DNA of 64,000 nucleotides from Lingula anatina (taxonomy: Eukaryota > Animalia > Brachiopoda), in assembly GCA_051362555.1 (NCBI GenBank), contig CM120641.1, forward strand, positions 6,634,001 to 6,698,000, written 5' to 3'. Shown here piece after piece: positions 1-12,904 of this stretch (its first letter is position 1; every line of letters begins with the position of its first letter). The translations under genes were made by a program, and so were the position numbers. The notes under the pieces are model-generated. The model did not search any database. It worked only from the letters and a program-made list of their open reading frames with translations, and was not told the DNA's origin.

Positions 1-27
1 TCATCACCGGAATTTAAAGGCTCCTGG

Positions 28-76
<49 letters not shown>

Positions 77-3000
77 GTATATATTAATCAAAATAAATTT
101 AAAAAATGCCTCCTTTTTAATTAGATATTTCTATAAAATTTGAAATAGAGCTTTATAAATCCAAAAAGCAACCAAGGTACACTTAACAACTATGTAAGTG
201 AGAATTAAATTTATCCTTTTTTTTTTTTTTTAAACAGAATGAAAACCTTACAGGTATAAAAAACATCATAAATTTCCTCAAAGTGAGTACTGCTTATACT
301 GAAAATGATTTACACATTTCAGAAAAAGAAACAACTTATTTTACTTCAATCAATACAAACATATCAAAGTTAAATAAAAAAAGTACCTCTTCCTCTCCCT
401 GATACTCATTCTCCTCATCTTCCTGGTCATCATCATCATCATCCTTATCATCATCATCATCTTCTTCAGAGCTGGTATCATTAGCACCATCCAGCTGTAG
501 TAGTGGGGTTTGACTCTGTGAACAAATATACATACATGATCAAGTATTCTTCCTGTGCTGGGATGAGTATTATATACCTAAGATTTTTATGCAAAACACA
601 TAAGAGGAAAATCAACTGCTTATATTATTATTATTATTCTAATATGTGAAGTCTTCTGTATGGTCAAATGTTGCAGAGGAGAAGATACTGTGGAACGGTC
701 CTTTAATATTGAACCAGAAGTCACCTGTTGTCCTGATTGCACTGGTACTGTCTGTATATGTTGTGGATTTACTGTTGCAAACTGTGGCTGCGTTGTTAGA
801 ACTGGCTGTCCTGTAGCTTGGGCCTGTGGCTGGGCAGCCTGCTGGATTGCTATGAACTGACCAGTACCTAAATATAAAGATACTCATTTCAGAAAAGATT
901 TTAAAATAAATGAATAAATAAGAAAAACATCTAATGCAAAAATGTATATATTGGGCAATTTCTTACTGCTTGTTTTTAGATTTAAGAAAATGAAACATAT
1001 CAAAATGTCACTAAATTATTAGTGCCAAGGTTAAAATACCAAAACCAATAATGAGTTTTGCAGAGAGTTCAAATATAAACATAAACAAAACAAATGTTTA
1101 CATGCACTGACCAAAACTCTGTAAGAATTGCAAAGGTATATCTAAGCCTTCATCTTCAAACCTTTTTTTATTCATATTTCATGCTCTATTTTCTAATCAT
1201 TAAGTTACTGTGTGACAAAGCTCTCCAAAAATATAGCTTCCAGTCAGCATTATGGTGCACATGACAAACTTTTTTCTTACTTGTCTGTTGGAGCGTGATT
1301 CCCTGTGCTTGCAAGGCCTGCAGCTGCTGTTGATATAAAGGTACTGGTAATGCTATGGTGGCTGCTGCAGCTGCATTGCTCTGAAATAAGGATATAAAAA
1401 TAATAAATATTCTTATAATTCACAACTTAATGTCTGAGCCCATAAATTTACAACCCCTCCCCTAAAAAAATGTATCTTTTCACAAATTTACATCAGGTGA
1501 TACAATTTTATGTTGTTGAAAATTATTTATTAGTGAACTATATCAAAGTGCTATACAAAGACCTTAATTTGCCAATTACTTAAATTTCTTTTGTGATGTT
1601 TACATCTGAAATCATACTTGTAGAAGTTATACAACACTTCATCAAGTTATGAAATTATAAGCAAAAAATAAAGACTTTCAATCAACTTACAATGTCTAAT
1701 GTTCCTCCTAAATTTGTGAATAGTGGAATCTGTATGGTTGGTAAAGCTGTTGCACCTAAACACATATGAAAGATTCTTTGACACTTAATAAATAAAATAT
1801 GAATTTAAATAACAAGGATTAACTTTTGCTACAGAAAATATTTACATGTGGTTAGCATTTCAACGTTTGTAACCACATAAAAAATTTTTTTACATCAACA
1901 CAAGAACAAATGTAAGACTGGAAATAGGAACAATCTCCATAACAGTGCAGTGCAACAGTAACCCCAGTGGTAAACAACATTGGTCTGAAACAATCTTATT
2001 TGAAGAAATTGTATAAATGTCACCTTGCTGCGGCTGTTGTTGCGGTTGCTGCGGCTGTTGCGGTGTCTGTTGGCGAGGTTGAGACTGCTGGGGGACTTGT
2101 TGGACATGGATTCTCTGCTGGGCCTGCTGTTGTTTTGGCTGTTGTGGCTGAGCTAAAGCTGCAAACTGCTGGAGGTACTGGTCGTGTTCTGCAGGCATCC
2201 CTTCTACTGCCTTGGACTGGTACAGTTTGCTTTCCCATAGCTGGTACAAATGTTTTCAATGTAGAAATGTTTAAACAAAGCAATAACACATCCAAAGTAA
2301 AACATGAATTGTTCAAATACAAAATAGCCAATGTAGATCTTGGTTACTACATGAAATTACCCCACTAGAAAATTACATTTCATAAATCATTCATAAATTA
2401 GTTGCAATCACCTACATATGAATTATAACATTAACAATATTTGCCTTTTTTTAAATATCCTTTATTATTATTATTATAAACAGTGTAGACTATTAAAGAT
2501 AATCTCTGAGTACCTGTTTTAATTCTTGTAGAACTTGCTCATCCACCCCTTCATCCAGAAATGCTTCTCGGACATTGTTAATCACATCATCAACCACTGA
2601 CCTGTATAACTTTGGCTAAAACAAAGAGTTCATGTGAGGTAAAGGTTGGTGTACTTAGCACAATATAAATACCTTTACATCTGAATGAAAAATACTAGAA
2701 TATTAAGCTCAGAATCAAAATTGAACTTTAACAACACAGATTTCAATTGAAAAATTCCTTATTTTTTCCGTTTAATATTTACTTTTCACATATGAAGAAT
2801 ATCCAAGTTAATGTATGAAATAAAAAAAAAAACCAATCAATGTATACCAATGCGCATATTTACAACAGATATGGCCTAAATTACTGTCGTTGTCAATATT
2901 ACATCCGATATTATATCCCAATGAACGTAAAACTCAATGCATACTGCAACTTTTGTATTTATGTACTAACAGCATCAACGCCACTTCACTGTAAAGTTAA

Positions 3001-3351
3001 TGGACTCGCCGGCGTTTGGACTCATCCAAAGTGCTGGTTTATATGTAGCCGAACGTGAGAAACTCGAAATACAGGCAACCTTATCATTTTCTTCTCCAGT
3101 CCATTCATGAATACGATCGTTTCAATTTGATAACAGATAATATAAATATTGTAAGCGCGTAAACTACGTAAAGACAGGCTACAAATGTTGAATGAATAGA
3201 TAATTAAACATGCATGTGTTTCAGTCAAAGAAAGCCATTAGCCGTATTTTGCTAGAAGTTCTACGTCATTTTAAAATAGTACCCTTTCATTACCTACAAA
3301 AACGTATCTCTTTCGTGCACATCTACTTACCACTGGGTTCTGTGACGACAT
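1..3351 (-). CDS. GTF2A1: Transcription initiation factor IIA large (alpha/beta) subunit, multi-exon, 3' part beyond window start
   Basis: GT-AG exons splice in frame: 3331-3351 (MSSQNPV), 2514-2615 (PKLYRSVVDDVINNVREAFLDEGVDEQVLQELKQ), 2024-2240 (LWESKL..., Q-rich), 1691-1755, 1281-1380, 725-867, 387-515 (QLDG cleavage motif plus acidic tract) and 1-23 (EPLNSGD...). These are hallmark TFIIA-alpha/beta motifs. The middle low-complexity exon boundaries are less certain. Confidence 0.93.
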
Positions 3352-3444
3352 GACTTTCTTTTTATGAGAAATTATTCCTTAGGTGTTGGGTTTCTTCTAG
3401 CAAGTGGACTTCACCGAAGCCAGCAACTTCTGCCACTGCCTGGC

Positions 3445-3540
3445 TTTTATACACATAATATAAGCAGGTGCCCGTATAGGGGGATAGGGACAATTGAACT
3501 ATTGACGTCATCCGAAGATATTGCTCTAATCACGCGAGAT
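3445..3540 (-). promoter_or_regulatory. GTF2A1 proximal promoter (TATA box and CRE)
   Basis: Minus-strand TATAAAA at 3451-3445 lies about 95 bp upstream of the ATG. There is a palindromic TGACGTCA at 3503-3510 in a locally CpG-rich patch. Confidence 0.5.
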
Positions 3541-3563
3541 TTGTTACGAGATGTAAACAAATA

Positions 3564-3566
<3 letters not shown>

Positions 3567-3604
<38 letters not shown>
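3567..3604. repeat. (GT)n microsatellite
   Basis: Direct reading, about 19 units. Confidence 0.95.
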
Positions 3605-3607
<3 letters not shown>

Positions 3608-5746
3608 AACAGCAACACTGAGAGTAAACACGTGTTATAAAGATATGAATTAGCTAATAATGACAAAGATGCCTTCAGGAAAATGTCAGGTAGCTTTGTG
3701 CACAACAAGAAACGTGAAAATGGACAGATTTTTCTTTTGGAGGTGGGGGGGGGGGGGGGGGGAGGCCTTATCTCTTGTATTGTGGAGAGATATCCAGGGT
3801 ACTGTACATGTATATGTACCTGTCAAATATCCAGCATTTTCACATCTTATGTAGAATACAAATAGATAATAATTATAAAATGATTAACATGCAGACTCTC
3901 ACTGACTAATGTTGTTAAAGAAGAGAGAGAACAAAGACTAACCAATGTGCACGTTGATGTCTACTTTAGAACTACCATATACCACCATAGTAGTTGTCTG
4001 TTTCTGCAGTACTTGCATTAAGCTGAAAATTTTCATTTGCAAGTGCTCATCTGTGTCCATGATAAAGGTATGGTCTGATGCAAAACAAAGCTATTTGGCT
4101 TAAAATTCAATAGTTCTTAAAATATATTGAGTCATATGTTACAAAGCTAGCTGGCAAAATTGAATGACTAGGATTTTAATACATAAAATTATAAGTTCTA
4201 TGGGGTTATAAGTTCTATAATTAATGTTAAACATGCTGGGCATTTACACACAACACATAGAGTGAACACCTGTTAAAACATTTATTTTTCAAAATGTGTT
4301 TAAAAAAACTGTGACAAATATGTGCACTGATCACATTAACAAAAGACTAGTGCATGTGCAAGTGCTGAGTATGGCTACAACAATAAAAACTGATGTGAGC
4401 AGAGTGTATATAAACAATAATTGCACTGTGAATGCTGTTTTTAAAGGGTCTATCAGGTAATATTCAGTATAAAAAAATGCACCTGATAATTTTTCTTTAA
4501 AATAATTATGGAAAATATTAAATAGAAAATTGAATTCTGTTCTTATTAAAAACTGCTTCAAATCTGTTGCTTTTTAACAACTCAATTTAACCTAAAATAT
4601 GAGCATTTTTAACAAAAATTATCTGATATTCAGATCTTCACACAATGAAAATATGTCACAAATTCTGTTCTAGATATTCTAAATCCATAAGCTGAAAATT
4701 AGGCCAGATTAAAAATATATTACAGTAATTACTATAAACTGTAGGGTAGAGATAATTCATGTTTCATTTATGAAGTATAATGACAGGTTAAACATTATAA
4801 CCTTTCAGTTACTGAATCTTTCATAAATAAAAGGAATAAAAACAGGTGTTTCAAATATTTCTCATAACAACAGTCTTGTGTATTCAAAATTGTGTACCAT
4901 AGACAATATCTGCACCCTAACATTTGCAGAATTGAATTATCTAATTTTTCATTATTTCTAAAATTTTCACATGTCTATATAAGTATATAGTTGTTAACAT
5001 TTTAATATGTGCTGAAAAAGTAAGTATAAGAATTTAATTGAAATAATATTCCATAATTCTGCTGAAGTATGAAAAGCTCATAATGCACCTTACGTACACA
5101 TTAAAAAATTTATGTTGGTACCTGTAGTATACTTTCTAAAATAGAATTTCAGAATGTAAAATGACAAACTGATAAAATTCTAAAAAAAAATCCATTAAAC
5201 AGGATGGAAGGAATGTATGTAACACTCATATTTAATATCTGCTTTAAATCCTGAGCAATAGAACTCTCTTTAAATGTTCTCTCAGAGAATGTATCATAAC
5301 TGTATAAATCCAATGTCAATATATTCTATATCACTGGGTATTTAAAGCACTATAGTGAAACACATGTATAAAAAATTTGTATAAATGTGTATAAAAGAAA
5401 TTGTTGAGTATTGTCACAAAACACATACACAATAACTACATTGAACAAATCCCATGTGAGTACAGTCAACCAAATAACAACATGATAACTGACATTCAAA
5501 ATTAGTATTAACTGTCAATAATGAGCAGAGAATTTATGAGATTTTAATACCTTTAATTCTTCTATTGCTCTGTTGTTTTCTGTAATTCAAACAAATTTTA
5601 ACCTGGGCAGAGCCAGGCATTTCTATTGAACACAGATTAAATCTTCTTCTTAATTTTCTAATATTTTGCAAACCAAGGCCATTTCCATCATATGTCAAAG
5701 TTATTTTTTCGATCAATCAGTGGTAAGCAATTATTACAAATAAATT

Positions 5747-8700
5747 TTACCATAATATCCACCGATCATACATGCAAATCCCAAGACTACTAAATTCTTT
5801 ATTTTCAAATGGAACTCTCAGTACACAGACATCAACATCATATAAGCCTTCAGCATCAAGTGGGAAACATTCATACCACTTCCTTTTCTTCATATTGTAA
5901 TATTCTATCATTGTTACGTTTCTGTCATCTTCGAAGGTATGGCCTCCTATGACATACAATCTGTGACCTTAAAATAAAACAAAAATTCCTGTCAGATAAA
6001 TCACTAAAAAAATATTGGTAGATAAAAAATATTCAATGTTAGGCTAAATTTCTTCAATTTCTAAAAATTATTTCCATCATATGGAGAACAAATACGTCAA
6101 CACACTGTAGTTTTAAAATAAATCATTTGGGCTTACAAAAGCAGCTTATTTTCATCAATTTTTTTAATCACCTAAAGGAACAACACCACATTGACTTCTT
6201 GGATGAAACATGGCAGGGAGACTTGTAACCCAAGTTCCGGCATGCTTAGGATCCCATTCATAGCAGCAAATGCTTCCTTCTTCTTTTTTCTTGGTTTTCT
6301 TATCAACTGTAACCCCTGTAATATTGCAAAATACTAAATTCATTTAATTTCAATTCAGTTTCATTTTCCCTTGAACAGATTTAAGAAAATGTTTTAAAGT
6401 TATTGTAGATATAATACTGGTCCCCTTTCCATGTACTATACAATATTTAAGACACAATGGTTGTTTACTGCGGTTCCTTCTAATCAAAAGTGGTTTCATG
6501 TAACTGAATGTAATGATCAGTTGCTAAATGTTAAAAATAACACTGTGATGACATATATTCTATAAAACAACAATACAAAAATAATAAATATACACATGAA
6601 GTTACTAAGATATTAATTGCATATCTTCAATAACAAACTAGAGGATCAGAGAGGCGATACCGCCTCCGAATATTGTACCACCAGCTGGAGCAAGCGCATT
6701 CGTATAGACCCCCACATACACAAAATAAGGGACATAGCCACCAGTTTTGTGCTTGACAAGCTGTAAAAATGCAATCAACAAGAATTTTTAAACTATTGCA
6801 AAAAATATATATGGTACAATCAAATTTAAGTTCTTCGTAAGGTAGGTCAAGGGTCAATTTCAAGGTCACAGTAAATTGCCAGTATATGACTTCCTATTCA
6901 AGTTCAAGAGTAACTATGGACCTATCTCTGCCAGTTTTGGAGATAAAAGGGAAGCAAATTTTGCAAAGTTCAGTTTATGGTGAAAAGTAGGTCAAAGGTC
7001 AATTTTAAGGTCACATTTAGATTGCCAGTATATGACTTCCTATTCAAGTTCAATAGTAACTATGGACCTATCTCTGCCAGTTTTGGAGATAAAAGGGAAG
7101 AAAAATTTGCAAAGTTCAGTTCATGGTGAAAAGTAGGTCAAAGGTCACTTTCAAGGTCATAGTAAGATTGCCAGTATATGACTTCCTATTCAACTTCAAT
7201 AGTAACTATGGACCTATCTCTGCCAGTTTTGGAGATAAAAGGGAAGAAAAATTTGCAAAGTTCAGTTCATGGTGAAAAGTAGGTCAAAGGTCACTTTCAA
7301 GGTCATAGTAAGATTGCCAGTATATGACTTCCTATTCAACTTCAATAGTAACTATGGACCTATCTCTGCCAGTTTTGGAGATAAAAGGGAAGAAAAATTT
7401 GCAAAGTTCAGTTCATGGTGAAAAGTAGGTCAAAGGTCACTTTCAAGGTCATAGTAAGATTGCCAGTATATGACTTCATAATCAACTTCAATAGTAACTA
7501 TGGACCTATCTCTGCCAGTTTTGGATATATAAGGGACTAAATGTTATAATTTTGGAGTTACCATAATGTGCCTTAAATTTCGTACAGAAAAAATTAATTA
7601 AAATAAAGAAAATGTCATTTTGGTCAAAATTCTTGAAATAGGAGGTGCTCTGAAGTTTCAGAAGTTCAAATTTGATGAAATAATGTCATTTTTGAACACA
7701 AGTTGTCTGCTTTGCCAAGCCTTATGTTTTATTTTTCCAGAGTTCAAAATTTATTATCCATTACCGTACTGCACATTTTACTTTTACCACCAATATGTAC
7801 TTTTTGATACAGCGTAACTCGAAAACCGTATGGAATACAAAAAAACCGAGACCACCTTCAGTGTTGGGCTTTACATGCTCTACAAAATGCAAAAAAGAAT
7901 GGGTCTCTAGCATTAACGGTTCCCGAATTAGAGACAGTTTTCAGTTTCGGTATCTTATGGCCGCTACTCCCGTGAAAATGCACCGATTGACCCCAAATTC
8001 ATGGAGATGAAAGATGACCTGAAGGGTAACACCTTCCAATAATATTATTGGTTAAGTCTGTGTGGTGTCTGAATAACAGGGCAAAAAAAATTTTTTTCGT
8101 AAAAAATTTAATTTTTTTGAAAATTTTGGCCCATTTGACCTTGAAGTAAAGGTCAAAGGTCAAATCCAAGGGTATATTTGAAATCTACACATATGACTTT
8201 TGGAAAGCCGTCTATTAACCGATTACAGTGACGTCATATTTGCTCCGTAACACTAGTCCCGCGGCCATGCTGGAGGGAATGAACGACGGGGAATAGTAGC
8301 GTAAATATAGGTAAACCAAATAAAATAAAGTAAACTTCATATCACGATCAAGGACACCAAAGGGAAAAGGATATATACAAGCTGAGGCTTCAGCTGATCA
8401 GCGGGATCGACCGATATGAACTCAAGACAGTCTAAAAACGTGAAATCCTACTAAATGCTACTTACCCAACATCGTGTTGTCAGAAGATAGTTCAGTTATC
8501 TTGTACTTCATTTATCTTGTTCATTGGGTAATAACAGTTATAGTTTGAGAGAGTTTAATGTGTAATCATAAGTTTAACCATAAATAGAAGCAACTGTTTT
8601 CATAAAGGATAGATATAAATAAATTTGAGCTGATCATTAGGATAAACCCTTGTGGATTCAAGGAAGAATGTATGATTGTCTTATGACATGAAATATTGCT

Positions 8701-11700
8701 GTTAGTTATGACTTATCTTTACATCGTGAAGCTGTCAGAAATTATTTCAGCATTCTTGTACTTCATATTGGTTCATTAGAAAGTACATGTAACAAGACTG
8801 TTGTTCATTCATATAAGCAGCATTGTTAGCATTTTATTATTAGTTCAGTCATTCACAGAAGCATTTGTTAGGCACTACAAATATCCTCAAACCTCAGTTT
8901 AAGTGGGACTTAGAGAATGGGAATTTGCCATGGGACTATACACTTGATATCAATGGAGCAATAGAAACTATGTCAATGATGAAAAAGACGTGTCCTTTGT
9001 ATCAAAATAAAGCTGGTGAGTTGTGTTGTAAATAAGTTTTCAAAATACATCTACTGTCATAAAAAGTATTGTATCAAACTGATTTTATAAAATTTTATAT
9101 ACCATTTGCATTGAGAATATTTTGCTAGGTATTCAGTGAACAAAATTCATGTATTTTAAATTTACTTTAAAACTGCAATATCAGGTATTTGTTGTTCTCT
9201 TTTTTTAATGTAAAGCCTAACTATATTGGGGATTTTCAGATGCTATTGTTTATACAGTACAGAAGTAAAGTATGCAGAACATTTGCTCTATACCATCATC
9301 AACTTTTTAAATTATTTCAGCATTCTTGTACTTCATTTTGGTTCATTAGAAAGTACATGTAACGAGACTGTTGTTTGAGAGAGTTTAATATTCACCATGA
9401 ATGCAACCATTCATATAAGCAACATTGTTAGGATTTTATTATTATTCAGTCATTCACAGAAGCAAGGCATTTTTCACAATCATGTATTTATGATGTCCAA
9501 TGTAAAATAATAATTCAGTTCATGAATTGATTTCTGCAACCATTTGCTTAAACATATAGGAAAAGTGCACATTTTGTATGAATAAAAGTGAACATGAAAT
9601 GCTGAGTTCTGAGTGTTGCTTCAATTAAATAACTCCTGTCATGCACTGGATTTCACTCTCCTGATGTTCAGATCCTGTCTCCTCAGCTGGTCACAAAGAT
9701 CTAGGAATATTTTTTGCTGCTTCTACCTTGCGTGTCATCTAGCTGCCTTTTGTACCTGTCATCAAAAGCTTCCGTTTATTTATTTATTTTTTTTTTAATA
9801 ATTTACTTGCACCCAATCAGTGTGTCTTGGTGGGAAATGCCTGATCAATTTCCTAAATGTAAATTAATAGAAAGATAACATTGTGATTTTTATTCATATT
9901 GTAACTTACAACATTACAGTTGAAAGGAGCAGAATTTAACATTTTTACAGAGGAAAGTGCAAATTCATTTCATGAGGTTATATGTCAATTACACCTGAGG
10001 AAGAATTTACTTGCAAAATAAAATTACTCTTATCACTGCACCAAATCGAAAATTAAGCCACTACCAAATACACTTCATACAGGTAATTGATTGGCCCAGC
10101 TCAGCTGTGTACAGTACAAATATAGCCTTAACACTAATTGGCAATAATGCTAACCAGGTATTAAAGAGGTAGGTGACAGCCGATAAAATCTAGAGAGCAC
10201 CGTAACTGATAACAAATTACACCCAAGGCAATAGGTGAGTCTTCATTATAAAAGTCGAAACCCTGCCTGGGTATTTCCACACGTTTTAACAAATTAACAC
10301 ACTCTCGGTCTCCACCCAAACTTATTGGGCACTACTTTAAATAAATATGCAGTGTACGTGTGCCCCAAACGTACACACCTAGGTCTTTGGTTTTGTACTG
10401 TTTTTTCTTTTATGGTAAAATCTGCACAGCTGGCTCTTCATTCTTTGCTATAAAATAGATTAGTTTTATTCCTTTACTTTTCAAAGCCACCTCGCCGTCT
10501 CTCCTCCGTTTATGGTTTTAGTTCCTTCATCATGGATTGTTACCACTGCAGGCAAGTGTGAACGCTTGTAAAGTTAGTTATCTTTTCTCGATCAAATAAC
10601 CTGCAGTAATTAATCATTTTGCTCGGTTAATTATCAAAGGAAATACAGAAAACGAAAAATGAACTACTGACATGGCTTGTTCATGCGCAGCAGACGATTC
10701 CGGTCTCCCTCCAGAATGGCTGCTGTTTGTTTTGATGACGCAGGCTCTAATGGGTCAATAGAAATTTTTCCCATAACTCCTTCCGTAGGGTAGATAATTA
10801 GCATTTAATTTTGCCATTTTTAGACAAGGGTGCATTGCAATGAGTGCCACACCCAGACCCCAATACCGACAAAGCCCAAATTTTACGTGGAACGAGTTGA
10901 GATTATAGGTGACCTAAATCCATGAGATGGGTACGGGGGCCCTTACCGTCTAGGAGGAGAAGCGGTAACGGTAGCCGTCCGGCGGAGCCAACGGAGCCGG
11001 CGGAGCCGGCGGAACGATCCGGACGGGACCGAAACCATGTGTACCGCCAGCGCTAACGCTGGTGGTACAATAACATTCTTCAAATTGACAAACAAAATCT
11101 CCTGGTTACTAAGCAACATATATCAACATAAAATCTATGGTTAAAAATAATACACTGTATGGAAAGGACAATATTATAGTGATTACTACCCATAAGCAAA
11201 TTCAGGCAAGGGTGTGGGAAAGGAAAAATATGTGCATGCACTTACCCCCCCCCCTCCCCCCTTACTAGTTATTAGACTTGAACTTTGAGTGGAACTTACA
11301 GTAAGTGCTGTATGTCAAACAAGTTTAATCAGGCTGCCTTATTTTGGAATTTATAACAATTTAAAGAACTTACCGCCTACAAGATAAATTTGTTTCTTTG
11401 CTGTTGTTACCATCACATGTTTATCTCTTTCTTGTGGTAAAAAACCTCCTTTGACACTCTCCCTCCACCTGTCTGTTTTGGGGTCATACATCCTAATATC
11501 AAATAATTGATATGCATTACTTCATTGGTAACTTAACAAAAACATGTCTAATTTCTTTTCATTTAATTATCTAAAAGAAATGTTACATTCTGTGAAAAAT
11601 GAGGTTTCTAAATATATGTGACTATTGTATCTTATCATCATGCTTTTAATTAGGCTTGGATATATTTTGATATTTACTAGAATGATCCAATCAGGAAACT

Positions 11701-12904
11701 GCATTGTCTTGGCTCCTTCTGAAGTTAAGGTCCATTTTCTTGTATTTAAATATCATACATGTACATTACGTGTCTCCTTAATTAAAATGTATAACACTAT
11801 TTCTACAAATAAAAAATTACAATTATCCTAAAGTTAATTATACTGACACAATGGCATATTGGCCAACATTCTTCCCAACCTCAAAATTCTACTCTACTTA
11901 CCAAAACACATTTGAGCACTGAAATTTGATATTGCTCAACCCTCCAGAAACCAATAATTTTCCATCCACAACACAGCTGCCATGATCTGCCCTAGGTCTT
12001 GGTAAGGGGGATACCTCTGCCCAGATATTATCCACAGGATCATATACTTCCACTGAATCTGTGAGTTTGCCATTTCTAACCTCTCCTCCTGTAATGGGTG
12101 CTTATGTTATATTTGGCAAAATCATTATGAAAATTTGTTTTGCTGGGTACAGTATTTACATGTACATTTTATCATGTCATTTATACATAATACAAATGAT
12201 CAACAATATTAAATGAGTGTTACTGAAATATGCATGACAGACAAATTTCCTATCTGAGTTTTTAATTAAGATTAATCTATCTTTTTCATTAAAATAATGA
12301 CAAAATAGTGTCAGAATGCAACATAAAATCACAAGTAATGTATAGAGTGGGAAATGTTCAACTCTAGGACATAAAAGTCCATCAAAAAGTGATTTATGAT
12401 TCAGAAATGTTATAAAATTCTTAAAACAGTGCCCTTATTTTTATTACTATAGAAATACAATAACAGTGCCCTTATTTTTATTACTATATAAATACAATAT
12501 CTTTACCTATAAAAAGTTCAAAATTTGAAAATGTTTGTACCTGTCACAATCAAATTTCCACCAATAGCATCCACAGTAAAGCGTGTTCTAGCCCTGATCA
12601 TGGATGCTTTCCTTATCCATGTGTTTCTTTCTGGATCAAACTTGTACATTGTGTTCATACAAGTTCCAGACTCTCTGTCTTTTCCTCCAATAATATACAG
12701 GCAATTGTCATAAACCACAGCTCTGAATCCTGTACGATCTTTCAGACGTGGCATGTTTACTGAAGTTACCTTTGGAACAACCCTGGCTTTCTTCCCAGGA
12801 TCAACCAGCATATACTGAACTTTGGCATTACCTGAGACTTTGTCAAATATCAGTATAAAGGTGTTGTAGTGTGTTCCTGAGGGCAACTGGTGTATAAGAT
12901 CCAT
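5747..12904 (-). CDS. Kelch-repeat (beta-propeller) protein of about 344 aa without BTB/BACK domain
   Basis: Exons 12541-12904, 11902-12088, 11374-11492, 6172-6315 and 5747-5967 splice GT-AG in frame (1035 nt). Repeated Kelch motifs: LYIIGG..YKFDP..NTW; LIVTGG..VEVYDP..W; LLVSGG..MYDP..W; IYLVGG; LYVIGG..EYYN..W. Confidence 0.88.
6842..7535. repeat. Tandem array, 146-bp unit, about 4.8 copies (inside HINE copy A)
   Basis: The anchor GTAGGTCAA recurs at 6842, 6987, 7133, 7279 and 7425. Confidence 0.95.
8216..10757 (-). mobile_element. Decayed ISL2EU-like (PIF/Harbinger group) DNA transposon nested in HINE copy A
   Basis: A 2.54-kb block absent from copy B. Imperfect TIRs TAACCGATTACAG... / ...CTCTAATGGGTCA are flanked by AT on both sides (8214-8215, 10758-10759). 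A frameshifted THAP-like remnant starts at ATG 10617 (MINYCRLF-DREK...LPAVVTIHDEGTKTI-TEERRR-RWL). Confidence 0.65.

Larger units (their letters stand above)
6636..11073 (-). mobile_element. Helentron-associated non-autonomous element (HINE/DINE-1-like), copy A, in intron 3 of the Kelch gene
   Basis: Subterminal inverted repeats TATTGTACCACCAGC (6671-6685) and GCTGGTGGTACAATA (11058-11072), the latter within a hairpin. Stem-loop GAGGCG-ATAC-CGCCTC at 6651-6666, CTAGTT-type terminus, (CGGCGGAGC)n minisatellite near 10975-11015 and an internal tandem array. Near-identical copy at 53159-54788. Confidence 0.8.

Noticed and set aside
1967-2368. Ala/Val-rich ORF and other antisense or alternative-frame ORFs (14176-14526, 23405-23854, 33376-33657, 39776-40291, 60857-61342)
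   Set aside because: These are shadows of real coding exons on the opposite strand or frame.
6842-7535. CRISPR-like array
   Set aside because: The units are full-length tandem copies without unique spacers, in a eukaryotic context with no cas genes.
6627-8010. Short ORFs duplicated at 52974-54251
   Set aside because: They recur only because they lie in HINE copies and show no protein motifs.
12424-12500. Short local tandem duplications (also about 15077-15124, 17542-17579, 46453-46508) and homopolymer runs (28-70, 3745-3762, 17426-17456)
   Set aside because: Ordinary slippage products with no sign of function.
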